Source: Planctomycetota bacterium
GTDB taxonomy: Bacteria; Planctomycetota; JACQVV01; JASMLP01
Length of the DNA stretch: 64,000 nucleotides
Direction: 5' to 3'
Assembly: GCA_030748635.1 (NCBI GenBank)
Contig: JASMLP010000112.1
Coordinates: 1,422-65,421, forward strand
This document shows, one piece after another, positions 10,115-19,132 of this stretch (position 1 is the stretch's first letter; each line of letters starts with the position of its first letter). The position numbers and the translations under genes were made by a program. A model generated the notes under the pieces. It had not been told where the DNA came from and did no database searches. It worked only from the letters and a program-made list of their open reading frames with translations.

Positions 10115-11176
10115 CTAACGAGGGTAGGGGTCGACTCCCTCCAGCAGCTTCCGTCGCATCGCCTCCAGAAACGCTCGGTGCAACGGATACCGCTGCAGAT
10201 GCGCTCCACACACTGGGCAATGATCCCCCAGCGCCACCTGGTCGTATCCGCAAGCCTTGCAGGTCGGCCCCAACTCTGTTCCGCAGTGCATGCAGAAAAA
10301 ATCTCCCACAGAAATGGCCAGACAACACTCGGGACACACCCCCAAAGGACGTCCCGGAACGGAAGGAACCATCTCTTCCCCGGGCTGCGCGAGTTCACGA
10401 CCCAACTCCTGAATCGATCCGTGTCGAGCATCGACCCGAGGGTCGGTTGCCCTCCGGAGAATTCTCGACAGAGGAGAAGTCAATTCATGGAATCGCTCAC
10501 GGCGTGGTGAAGGTCCCAGCGCCAAGGCGGCCAGGGTCATTCCGACACCAAAAACATCCACTCGCCCATCCAGCACAACCCCGCGTTGCTCCAATTCCGG
10601 AGCGGCATAACCCGGAGTTCCGATAGAAACTCCAGAACGACGGCAGATCCCGGTCACCCCGGCGAGACCCAAGTCGGCGATTTTGACCCGACCCGATTCA
10701 TTCACCAACACATTGGCCGGCTGGATGTCTCGATGCAAAATCCCCTGTTCATGAGCGTGGGCCAGAGCGTGGGTCAATTGAACCCCAATACTCCGAATGG
10801 ACTGGGCTTTTAGAGGGCCCCGGTCCAGATAAACAGAGAGATCCACACCCTCCACCCGCTCCAGCACGAGTACCAACCCGGACCTCTCCAGAAGAACATC
10901 ATAAATACGAATAATCCCCTCATGGTTCAGCTTGGCCGCGAACCGAGCCTCACGCAAAATCCGGGAATCTTGACAGAATTCGGCTCGAATCCTCTTGATG
11001 GCCACTCGTCGGCCCAACCAGCGATCGTATGCCTCACGAACTTCACCGCACCCCCCACGCCCAAGAACAGCCCCCATCCGGAAGCGAGGTTTTTTCTGAT
11101 CCCGAATGGAATGCTCCGATTCACGCTCCCACTCCGCAGCATCCAGATTTCGACTATGAATCAGATCCCGATTCAT
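10115..11176 (-). CDS. Ser/Thr protein kinase with C-terminal double zinc ribbon
   Basis: LGRGGCG, VAIK, HRDIQPAN, DLG, GTPGYAAPE; C-terminal CPEC/CMHCG/CKACG/CPVCG. Confidence 0.9.
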   Translation of the reverse strand: MNRDLIHSRNLDAAEWERESEHSIRDQKKPRFRMGAVLGRGGCGEVREAYDRWLGRRVAIKRIRAEFCQDSRILREARFAAKLNHEGIIRIYDVLLERSGLVLVLERVEGVDLSVYLDRGPLKAQSIRSIGVQLTHALAHAHEQGILHRDIQPANVLVNESGRVKIADLGLAGVTGICRRSGVSIGTPGYAAPELEQRGVVLDGRVDVFGVGMTLAALALGPSPRRERFHELTSPLSRILRRATDPRVDARHGSIQELGRELAQPGEEMVPSVPGRPLGVCPECCLAISVGDFFCMHCGTELGPTCKACGYDQVALGDHCPVCGAHLQRYPLHRAFLEAMRRKLLEGVDPYPR

Positions 11177-12414
11177 CAGCTCAAATCCCGATCGTACCCG
11201 CCCACAGCGCGCAAAACCCGTCCGACCGATTCGTGTGTCGCCAGAACAATGTCTTCAGGTACGTTCTGACCGAATGAGAGATACGAAAGCCCCCCACCAA
11301 AAAGCCGAACACTCTCCACCAACCCCCATCCAGTGACCGACTCGTCGATCTTGGTGATGACCAACTTCCGAGGCCCCAGGGGACGAAATCGTTCGAAGAT
11401 CGGTTCCATGGAAGCCAGGCGTGTCGTCGCAGAAAGCACTAAAAAGGATTCGCTTCCCTCCAATCGCCCGAGAGTACTCGCCGTCCAGTTGGAATCATCG
11501 GCATCCCCCTCCGAAAGCCCGGGCGTATCCACCAGGAGATATTCACGAGAAGAATATTCACGAATCTTCTCCGACAACTCCTCCTCATTCCTCACTGTGG
11601 AGCAAGGAACTCCCAGCATCTCAGCATAGGCGCGAAGCTGTTCCGCGGCCGCCACGCGACGGGTATCGATGGACAGCAGAGCAAGATCCGCTCCATGGCG
11701 CAATCTGAGATGACTTGCAATCTTTGCCACCGTAGTGGTCTTGCCCATTCCGGGAGGACCCAAAAAAACAAATCGGCGCGATCCCCTTACACCCGGCTCG
11801 ACCCCAGGCGCGAACCGAATTCCTCGAACAAGAGTATCGATGAGGGGACCAAGAAGCTCTTCTTTGGACGGATCCCGTCGCCCGCCCCAACCCCGCTGAA
11901 ATTCGGTAATCAACTCCGCGGCCCGATCGGTAGGTATACCCAGTTCGACAATCCGTCGATACCAGTGGTAGAACCCCTCGGGCAGACGTCCCAGATGATG
12001 CTCTTTCCGGTGTCGCATCAAATCGACCGTCAAGCCCTTGAGAGAATCGATCTCTTCTCGGATTCGACGTTTCTCCTTCTGATCCGCAACAGACTCCAAT
12101 GGCCGTGCCGGTTCCGGATCCGGAGGAGAAACGGGGGCGGAGTCGCCGGAAGGTGCCAGCCTGGATGTTCCTGGAGAAGCCAGCAGTTCGACAATTAACG
12201 GCGAGAAGCCGATCCATTGGAGCCAACGAGATCTCCGAATACGACGTGTTCCCAGAATCACAGCGGTGGGTCCCAGATCTTGTTTGAGGGCGGCCAGGGC
12301 TTCCTCCAAACTCGTCCCCCGGTATCTTTTTGAGTATTCAGGATCCTTGCTTGCCATCGTGAGCTCTACGGATGCTTTCTGGCAACGACCCGATCGAGAG
12401 GGCCTCTCATCCAT
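11176..12414 (-). CDS. flhF: FlhF-like SRP-family GTPase
   Basis: N-terminal KRYRGTSLEEALAALKQDLG; GPPGMGKTTT, DTRR, DTPG, TKIDE, GQNVPEDI; start may be the later MASKD. Confidence 0.88.
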   Translation of the reverse strand: MDERPSRSGRCQKASVELTMASKDPEYSKRYRGTSLEEALAALKQDLGPTAVILGTRRIRRSRWLQWIGFSPLIVELLASPGTSRLAPSGDSAPVSPPDPEPARPLESVADQKEKRRIREEIDSLKGLTVDLMRHRKEHHLGRLPEGFYHWYRRIVELGIPTDRAAELITEFQRGWGGRRDPSKEELLGPLIDTLVRGIRFAPGVEPGVRGSRRFVFLGPPGMGKTTTVAKIASHLRLRHGADLALLSIDTRRVAAAEQLRAYAEMLGVPCSTVRNEEELSEKIREYSSREYLLVDTPGLSEGDADDSNWTASTLGRLEGSESFLVLSATTRLASMEPIFERFRPLGPRKLVITKIDESVTGWGLVESVRLFGGGLSYLSFGQNVPEDIVLATHESVGRVLRAVGGYDRDLS

Positions 12415-12421
12415 ACCGACA

Positions 12422-14062
12422 TCATCGCCCTTCCCCCGAATGTCGCTTCATCACCACCTTGCGAACATGTTCAGCCACCGGCCCTTCCGGATCTCTGGAA
12501 AAAATCCCTTGCCAGTGAATTTTCAATTCATCAGGAGATTTTCCTCGAAGCTCCAGATGCAACGCCAATGCGAACTGCAAAAGGGACGGAAGTTCTTGCG
12601 CCCAATTCTCCTGTGAAGCATCGATCTCCCCCAGCGCTTTCAGATGCTCTTGCCATCCCGGTTGATCGAGTGTCGCCAGGCGGCAGGCCTGCTCGATACG
12701 CGCCAGCAAAGACCCCATCCCAGCCCCCGTCCGAACCGCTTGATCCAAAACCGACAAGGAAGTGGCTGATCTTCCACTCCGAGCCAGAGCCCATCCCTGG
12801 AGATAGAGCATCCATGCAAACCCTTTGGGATCTTGCTCGAGTGCCGACCGGCAATGAACGCGAGCCCGAGCCAGGACATCCGAAGCCTCGGCATACCTCC
12901 CCGCAGCGAGTTGATGCTGCACCAATCGCAACCAATCCAGAGGATCCACCGAGTGAGCGACTTTTACCTCCTGAATTCCGATCTTGAGGTCTTCTCCCTC
13001 GATAACAGCAATTCTCGACCTGAGCCAGGATGCGATATCCCGCCGTTCGGGAAATGCTTCGAGAAATTCCCGAGACGCTCGCCTGGCCTCTCCGTAACGC
13101 CTCAGCGCGGCCAAAGTCCTCGCTCGCAACAATGCGGCAGATGATCGAGTGGCTCGACTGTTACGCCCTTCGACCAAACGCGTCAATTCATCTAACGCTT
13201 CCGGATACTGTCCTCGCAAAAAACTTGCGGAAGCGGCTCGCAAAGACTCTGACGGCAAAGCCCCCTCCTCCGACCCTGGCTGTTGAGCATGAGCTGTGGG
13301 CCAGGACCAATCGATTCGGCGAGAAAACTTGGGTACTGACTGAGCACTCTTCTCTCTTCCGGTCAGCTTGAGGAGAAAGGCGACATCCTCTCGGATATTC
13401 GCATAGCGCTCTGGAGAGCAGCGCCCCATCAAGCTCTGCACAAGAGAAAGACTCGCGATAGCCACCACCTGTTGCGGATCGATCGGCACCCCGTCACGAG
13501 GACGTAAGATGCGCAAAATAGCCGCCTCCTCGGAGGACAGAACCAGAAACCTTCCCTCTTCCAAGTAGGCTCCTTCTTCCGGAGCGATGAGTCCGCCCAA
13601 CGCAACCGGCAACTTGGAAAAGTCCGGACTCTTTTCAGTCGCCGTCTGCTCCAGAAACCAGAAGATGAGAATACAGGCGGAAGCCACCACGATCCATCGG
13701 ACCAACCACCCTTTCAGTCGACGCTGACGCATGCGTTCCACATCAGCGGGAACCCCATAAATCTTCTTCAGGCTCTCGGAAGAATCTTCCTCGATCCCCT
13801 CGGTTTCCATCCGAGAGGGAACCACCATCAGATGCCCGGGACGCCTTCCGTCTCGACGCCTTTGAAACCGTTCAAGAAAACCTGATTCCGGCTCGGGGCA
13901 GGGATTCTGATCGAGGATTCTGTCCATTTTGCGTAAGCGATTCGCTTCGTTCCGACAGCGCTGACATTGACCCAGGTGAATGTCGATCAACTGAGCCACC
14001 TCATCCACGACCTCGCCGTGCAGAAAGGCTTCGAGATTGCGCAAAATTTTCAAGCACATCAT
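12422..14062 (-). CDS. Zinc-finger anti-sigma factor with TM helix and TPR-like extracytoplasmic region
   Basis: HLGQCQRC (HxxxCxxC), TM WIVVASACILIFWFL; overlaps the ECF stop. Confidence 0.82.
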   Translation of the reverse strand: MMCLKILRNLEAFLHGEVVDEVAQLIDIHLGQCQRCRNEANRLRKMDRILDQNPCPEPESGFLERFQRRRDGRRPGHLMVVPSRMETEGIEEDSSESLKKIYGVPADVERMRQRRLKGWLVRWIVVASACILIFWFLEQTATEKSPDFSKLPVALGGLIAPEEGAYLEEGRFLVLSSEEAAILRILRPRDGVPIDPQQVVAIASLSLVQSLMGRCSPERYANIREDVAFLLKLTGREKSAQSVPKFSRRIDWSWPTAHAQQPGSEEGALPSESLRAASASFLRGQYPEALDELTRLVEGRNSRATRSSAALLRARTLAALRRYGEARRASREFLEAFPERRDIASWLRSRIAVIEGEDLKIGIQEVKVAHSVDPLDWLRLVQHQLAAGRYAEASDVLARARVHCRSALEQDPKGFAWMLYLQGWALARSGRSATSLSVLDQAVRTGAGMGSLLARIEQACRLATLDQPGWQEHLKALGEIDASQENWAQELPSLLQFALALHLELRGKSPDELKIHWQGIFSRDPEGPVAEHVRKVVMKRHSGEGR

Positions 14063-14655
14063 AATCCGCGACTCTCCATATCTCGCAATCTCTTGATGAG
14101 TTCTCGCTTAGCGCGAAATACCCAGGACTTGATCGTCCCTCTCGGTCTGCGAAGGATCTCGCTGATTTCCTTGTAACTCAACCCCTGATAATGCCCCAGG
14201 ATCAGAGCCATTTTCAAATTGTCTCCAAGTCCTTCCATGGCTTGCCGAACCCGTTTCCCCTCTTCATTCAAACTGGCAATCTCTACGGGTCCGGGCTGGC
14301 TACCCGACTGCCCCGCATCGACAAGTTCTTCCAACTCGCCTCGAAACGACATACGCGATTCTCTCCTTCGACGCTGCATTTCGTTGCGAGCCAGATTCTT
14401 CGCAATCGTATAGAGCCAGGTCGAAAATCGATACCTGGGGTTGTAGCTTCCTGCCGCTCGATAAGCTCGCAAAAACGTCTCCTGAGCCAGATCCTCAGCC
14501 CGCTCGTGAACCACGAGCATTCGATAGAGAAACTGGTATATCGGCCGGTAATACTTGAGAACCAGCTGATCGAAGGCCTCTCGATCACCTGCGAGATGTT
14601 GACGGATCAGCGTCCGGTCCGTTTCCTGCAGCATTGGGACGGCGATTCCGTTCAT
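14059..14655 (-). CDS. ECF sigma-70 factor
   Basis: GDREAFDQLV, AEDLAQETF, FSTWLYTIAKN, GLSYKEISEIL, GTIKSWVFRA. Confidence 0.95.
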   Translation of the reverse strand: MNGIAVPMLQETDRTLIRQHLAGDREAFDQLVLKYYRPIYQFLYRMLVVHERAEDLAQETFLRAYRAAGSYNPRYRFSTWLYTIAKNLARNEMQRRRRESRMSFRGELEELVDAGQSGSQPGPVEIASLNEEGKRVRQAMEGLGDNLKMALILGHYQGLSYKEISEILRRPRGTIKSWVFRAKRELIKRLRDMESRGL

Positions 14656-14730
14656 TTCAAAGGGTTATACAAACAAACCACCCACCAGGTTGCACAAACT
14701 GGTCTCGAGACTCCAAAAAGTCTTTTCAAA

Positions 14731-15298
14731 TCAGCCCGTCGAAACCCGACCGAGAAACTCCCCGCTTTCCGTACTGACCTTGACGCGATCCCCTTCAGAG
14801 ATATGAAAAGGGACCTTGATCTCCAGGCCAGTTTCCACCTTCGCGGGTTTGAAAACATTAGAAACCGTATCTCCTTTGACTCCTGGCTCGGTTTCGGTCA
14901 CCAGCAATTCAACAGCCGAGGGAAGTTCCACTGCGACCGGAGTCTCTCCTGAAAACTTGACTTTGAGATCCTGTTCGGAGGTGAGAAAAGGAACCGTCTC
15001 TCCCAACTCCTCTTCGGTCAACCAAAACTGCTCGTAGTTTTCGTCGGTGAAAACATGCTGCTCCCCTTCAGGCCAACCGTATTTGAGATTTTTGGTTTCC
15101 AGAAAAACGAAATCGATTGCCGCGCTGGAATTGTATCGACTCCCGACCACACGGCCGGTTTTCAGATTTTTCCGTTTGATCTGGAAGTAAGCGGGACCTT
15201 TCCCCGGCTTGACGTGATCCATATCGACCACTAGCCAGAGTTCTCCTTCCTCTCGGAAGACATGTCCCTTTTTCAATTCATTTACTCTCATCGCCATC
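14731..15298 (-). CDS. efp: Translation elongation factor P
   Basis: HVKPGKGPAY, TEPGVKGDT, KPAKVETG, VPFHI; start taken at MAMRVNELKKG after GAGGAG. Confidence 0.95.
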
Positions 15299-15429
15299 GT
15301 CTGACTCTCCTCATCAATTGGGATGGGGGTCATCATAGCAATCCAAAACATGGAAAGTCGACACGACAATCCTCAGTATCCATCTCCGAGTCGACCCGAA
15401 CCCCGAAGAGCACGATGCCATGAAGAACA

Positions 15430-16221
15430 TTAACCAGAAGGAATCTCGAGAGAAGGCTTGGCGTCCCGCCCAAATCGAATCAGTTCCAATCGGACCAGAT
15501 CGGTAATCATCCTGACAATGCCTTCGAATGGGACCTGCGCCGAGATCCAGACCGTTGTCTCTCCAAAATCTCCCTCATAAACCACCCGGGTACATTCCAG
15601 GGAACCCATCGCGGTTTCCAGCTTTTCAGCCCCTCGTTCAACTTCCTCCCGCTCCTCTTCACCGGAAATTTCATGAATCTCGATCGACTTCCCCACCGAG
15701 CCACTCAGTCCCGCGTAAGCCCGCGTAACCCGTCCCGACTGCTCAACGTAAAATCGGGTCACCACATACCGCCCCTCCCCCCAGGGGATACGCCTCTCTA
15801 CCCAACACCCCCCCTCTTCTTTCCCAATCAATGCCCAGTACGCCGTCTCCGTTCGACCACTTCCGGTGTATGTAGTCCTGTATTCAACCCAATCTCCCTC
15901 GGTTCCTTCAGATGGAAACCGAAAGAAACCGTCCATGCTACGTGGCAGAGATGGAGAATCTTTCCTGACCGGTCGGGGAATCGCCTCGGCCCGCAACGGT
16001 CCCATCTGCCCCCGATCTCGAGTTCGGTCAGGTACCGATCGAACTTTCGGTTCAGTCGAATTGGTCGAATTGGTCGAGACATCGCAGCCCCAACTCAAAG
16101 ATATCAAAGAAAACCCTAAAATTACCCGCACAAGAAATCGCAACTTCGAACCTCCACGAGGATGTAAATCATTCAGAGCGTGCAATATTCTCTCCTCCCA
16201 GGACATCCGGCGCAAGAGCAC
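15430..16221 (-). CDS. Hypothetical lipoprotein
   Basis: Hydrophobic stretch ending LSWGC; beta-rich domain with GDWVEY and EKLETAMGSLEC...VWIS..VP pattern. Confidence 0.7.
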   Translation of the reverse strand: MLLRRMSWEERILHALNDLHPRGGSKLRFLVRVILGFSLISLSWGCDVSTNSTNSTEPKVRSVPDRTRDRGQMGPLRAEAIPRPVRKDSPSLPRSMDGFFRFPSEGTEGDWVEYRTTYTGSGRTETAYWALIGKEEGGCWVERRIPWGEGRYVVTRFYVEQSGRVTRAYAGLSGSVGKSIEIHEISGEEEREEVERGAEKLETAMGSLECTRVVYEGDFGETTVWISAQVPFEGIVRMITDLVRLELIRFGRDAKPSLEIPSG

Positions 16222-16396
16222 TTCAAGTGAACGGGTAATTGAAGATTTATGGAGAACGACTAGCGAAGAAGTCGGAGTATAACGAGATTCCTACTTGACT
16301 CCCTTGAGCGCAATGCCCAGTATGTGTTCTCTTAATAATGACCGTCAGGTCGATATCCTGAATAACCGCTACCTATTGAAGGGAGGTGATTTCAAC

Positions 16397-16972
16397 ATGC
16401 GGAACAGGAAAGGTTTTACTCTGATCGAACTATTGGTCGTCATCGCAATTATTGGCATTCTTGCCGCCATGCTTCTCCCGGCCTTGACAGCCGTCAAGGA
16501 AAAGGCACAACGTGCCAAATGCAAATCCAACCTCAAACAGCTCGGTATCGGCATCGCCAACTATGCCGACTCCTGGGGGGACAAGTACCCGGATGGACAA
16601 GGTGTAGGTTTCCTGGCCAAGCTCTATTCCACGAGCGCAGTCAGCGACAACGGTGTGTTCCTCTGCCCCAGCACGAACCACACCGATGAAACCGGTTCCA
16701 AGCTCTTCGCAAACGCAGCTTCCGGTGCTGCCGGATCCGTCGGGGATGCCGACGGATGCAGCTATGCTGGCCGCACCAACCAAAGCGGAAGTGCCTACGA
16801 ACTGACCGGCGCGCGCGCCATCAAGAATGCGTCCAAAACCACCGTCGCCGGTGATGAGGACGATGCAAACCACGATGACGCCCGGGTGTTCCTTTTCCTC
16901 GACGGACACTGTGAGGAAAAGAATACATCCATCGGGAATTTCTCTACCTTCACGGCTCCACTTACGCCGTAA
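16397..16972 (+). CDS. Prepilin-type N-terminal cleavage/methylation protein with H-X9-DG motif
   Basis: [28 protein letters not shown]; CKSNLKQ; FLCPS; [12 protein letters not shown]; SD GGAGGTG. Confidence 0.92.
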   Translation: MRNRKGFTLIELLVVIAIIGILAAMLLPALTAVKEKAQRAKCKSNLKQLGIGIANYADSWGDKYPDGQGVGFLAKLYSTSAVSDNGVFLCPSTNHTDETGSKLFANAASGAAGSVGDADGCSYAGRTNQSGSAYELTGARAIKNASKTTVAGDEDDANHDDARVFLFLDGHCEEKNTSIGNFSTFTAPLTP

Positions 16973-17002
16973 GTTAGTTTATTCCTAATTCAGTTAGATA
17001 TC

Positions 17003-17027
17003 GGGCGGTCTTCGGACCGCCCTTTTT
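17003..17027 (+). terminator. Rho-independent terminator
   Basis: GGGCGGTC-TTCG-GACCGCCC-TTTTT. Confidence 0.9.
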
Positions 17028-17114
17028 CATGCAACGAATTAATTTTCAGGCGCTTGTTGAACCTCATCCGTTAGCCTGGAACAATGATAGCCCATTAGAC
17101 CGTTTGGCCCCGTA

Positions 17115-17684
17115 ATGGACCCTGAAACCATGCTACCGAGAAAAAACGCCTTCACCCTCATTGAGCTTCTGATCGTGATTGCGATCATATCGATTCTGGT
17201 TTCGATGAGCGCACCGGCCCTGATTGCTGCCCGCGGTCGCGCCTATTCAGCCAAATGCAAGAACAACCTCAAAAACATCAACCTCTGGATCCACCTCTAC
17301 TCGGATAACTGGTCCCATCGATTCCCGGAAGAGGACGGGGGCCGATTCCTCCGCACTCTGTACTTCGCCAGCAACACAGCCGACTCCCAGAGCTTCCTCT
17401 GCCCAGGAACTCTCGACGACAACCGAAACGGAGAGCTACTAATCGAAGAGCCGGATGGTCGCGGAACCAGCTATGGAGCCCGATACAACGACCCGCTAAG
17501 CAGTTGGTATCTCAGTGGACGCCAGCAGCGCGAATCTTCAAAAACGACCATCGTTTCGGACCGCATGCTGAACAATCACAACGATTCAATGAACTTCCTG
17601 TTTCTCGATGGCCATGTCGATCAGATTAATGCTCACGACATGAAACTCGACTGGTATCTGGCTCCCCTTTCTAGCACGCGGTAG
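17115..17684 (+). CDS. Second prepilin-type H-X9-DG protein (paralogue of 16397)
   Basis: RKNA/FTLIELLIVIAII; CKNNLK; FLCPG; H-NDSMNFLFL-DG; start may be 17130. Confidence 0.9.
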   Translation: MDPETMLPRKNAFTLIELLIVIAIISILVSMSAPALIAARGRAYSAKCKNNLKNINLWIHLYSDNWSHRFPEEDGGRFLRTLYFASNTADSQSFLCPGTLDDNRNGELLIEEPDGRGTSYGARYNDPLSSWYLSGRQQRESSKTTIVSDRMLNNHNDSMNFLFLDGHVDQINAHDMKLDWYLAPLSSTR

Positions 17685-17704
17685 AGGAATCCGGCCGAGC
17701 CCGT

Positions 17705-17732
17705 TTGACACCTCCTGCTCGGCTCTTATAAT
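17705..17732 (+). promoter_or_regulatory. Consensus sigma70 promoter, probably leaderless transcript
   Basis: TTGACA-N16-TATAAT-N6-ATG. Confidence 0.8.
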
Positions 17733-17738
17733 GCCACC

Positions 17739-18155
17739 ATGTTTCCTTCGCCCTCGGAAAAAGAAAAGCCCGTCTACGACATCCTCATCTGCGATGATGA
17801 AGACGCGGTACGAGGCCTGGTTGAAGAGATTGTTCGGACAGAGGGGTTTTCTTTTTTGAGCGCCCGCTCAGGAAAAGAGGCCTTTGGTAAAGCGATGGAA
17901 AACGAGTTCCGCCTGATCTTGATGGACATGAAAATGCCTGATGATTGGGACGGACTCACGGCCATACGTTCCATGGAATTTTGTAACGAAAATCGGCGAG
18001 TTATCGTGGTGAGCGCCTGGCTCGATGACAAGATGAAGCAAGATCTCTCGGAAGAACGCAATGTCATCGGTTGGATCGAAAAACCGTTTGACCCGGCCAA
18101 ACTCGTATCGATGATCCGCCTGGGACTCGGCCAACCTCTTCCTGGAACCGACTGA
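17739..18155 (+). CDS. Single-domain response regulator (CheY-like)
   Basis: ILICDDE, LILMDMKMP, VVSA, IEKPF. Confidence 0.93.
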   Translation: MFPSPSEKEKPVYDILICDDEDAVRGLVEEIVRTEGFSFLSARSGKEAFGKAMENEFRLILMDMKMPDDWDGLTAIRSMEFCNENRRVIVVSAWLDDKMKQDLSEERNVIGWIEKPFDPAKLVSMIRLGLGQPLPGTD

Positions 18156-18184
18156 TTTGGGAATCCCCTTGAGTTCCCTGGATC

Positions 18185-19132
18185 ATGGATCCGTTTCCCC
18201 AGGGAGATAACCCCCTTCGAATCGTGCCAACCGGTTCACGCCAACTGGATCGCGCGCTGGGTACAGGTGGTTTCCCGATCGGTCATACGGTAGAGATTTT
18301 CGGAGAGCCGGCCTCCGGTAAAACGACACTCGCTCTCCACACCATTGCCCAGATCCAGTCCCGTGGCGGTTCTGCCGCCTTCCTCGACACAGAGCATTCA
18401 CTCGACACCCCGTTCGCTTCGCGTATCGGCGTTAACCTTGACGAACTACTCTTCTCCCAGCCTGACCACGGTGAGCAGGCGATTGAAATCGCTGAACACC
18501 TCATTCGAACAGGCGCCGTGGATGTACTCGTCATCGATTCCGTCGCATCCCTGATTTCCAGGGAAGAACTCGCGGCTTCCATGGGATCCCCTGTATCAAG
18601 TTCCCAGTCGCGCCTGATGTCGAACGCTCTCGCTCGACTCTCCGGCTTTCTTTACCGCACTCAGACTCTCCTCCTATTCTGCAATCAAATTCGAACCCGA
18701 CTGGATTCGGTTCATCCTGGCGCGGTGGCCACCCCCGGAGGACGCGCCCTGACCATGCACGCCACCATACGCGTTGAAATCCAACGTCTTGGCCGTATCG
18801 AACACGAAGGTCAAGTGAAAGGACAAAGGGTCCGTGCCCGCACCGTAAAGAATCGTCTTGCGCCCCCCTTCGAAACCGTGGAATTCGACATCTATTTCGA
18901 TCGAGGGATCTGCCCCATCAGCGACCTGATCGATGCCGCCATCCACCAGGGATTCTTACAGCAGAAAAGAGGAAGTTGGTTTCTGGAAGATCATCCGCTG
19001 GGGGTCAGTCGGCAGGAGTTGATTCAGAGCCTCCAGGATCAGCCCGCAATCCGTGAATCAATGGAACACAAAGTCATCCATCTCCATCCTTCCCAACCTC
19101 AGAGATCGGATCCCCCCCCCCATCGTCCATAG
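18185..19132 (+). CDS. RecA-family protein, divergent and lacking the N-terminal segment
   Basis: TGS..LD.ALG.GG.P.G..VEIFGEPASGKTT, FLDTEH, VIDSVA, NQIR, TPGG, VKNR.APPF. Confidence 0.88.
   Translation: MDPFPQGDNPLRIVPTGSRQLDRALGTGGFPIGHTVEIFGEPASGKTTLALHTIAQIQSRGGSAAFLDTEHSLDTPFASRIGVNLDELLFSQPDHGEQAIEIAEHLIRTGAVDVLVIDSVASLISREELAASMGSPVSSSQSRLMSNALARLSGFLYRTQTLLLFCNQIRTRLDSVHPGAVATPGGRALTMHATIRVEIQRLGRIEHEGQVKGQRVRARTVKNRLAPPFETVEFDIYFDRGICPISDLIDAAIHQGFLQQKRGSWFLEDHPLGVSRQELIQSLQDQPAIRESMEHKVIHLHPSQPQRSDPPPHRP

Noticed and set aside
17733-17741. Perfect Kozak-like GCCACCATG
   Set aside because: Single instance in a bacterial context, explained as the spacer between the -10 box and the start codon
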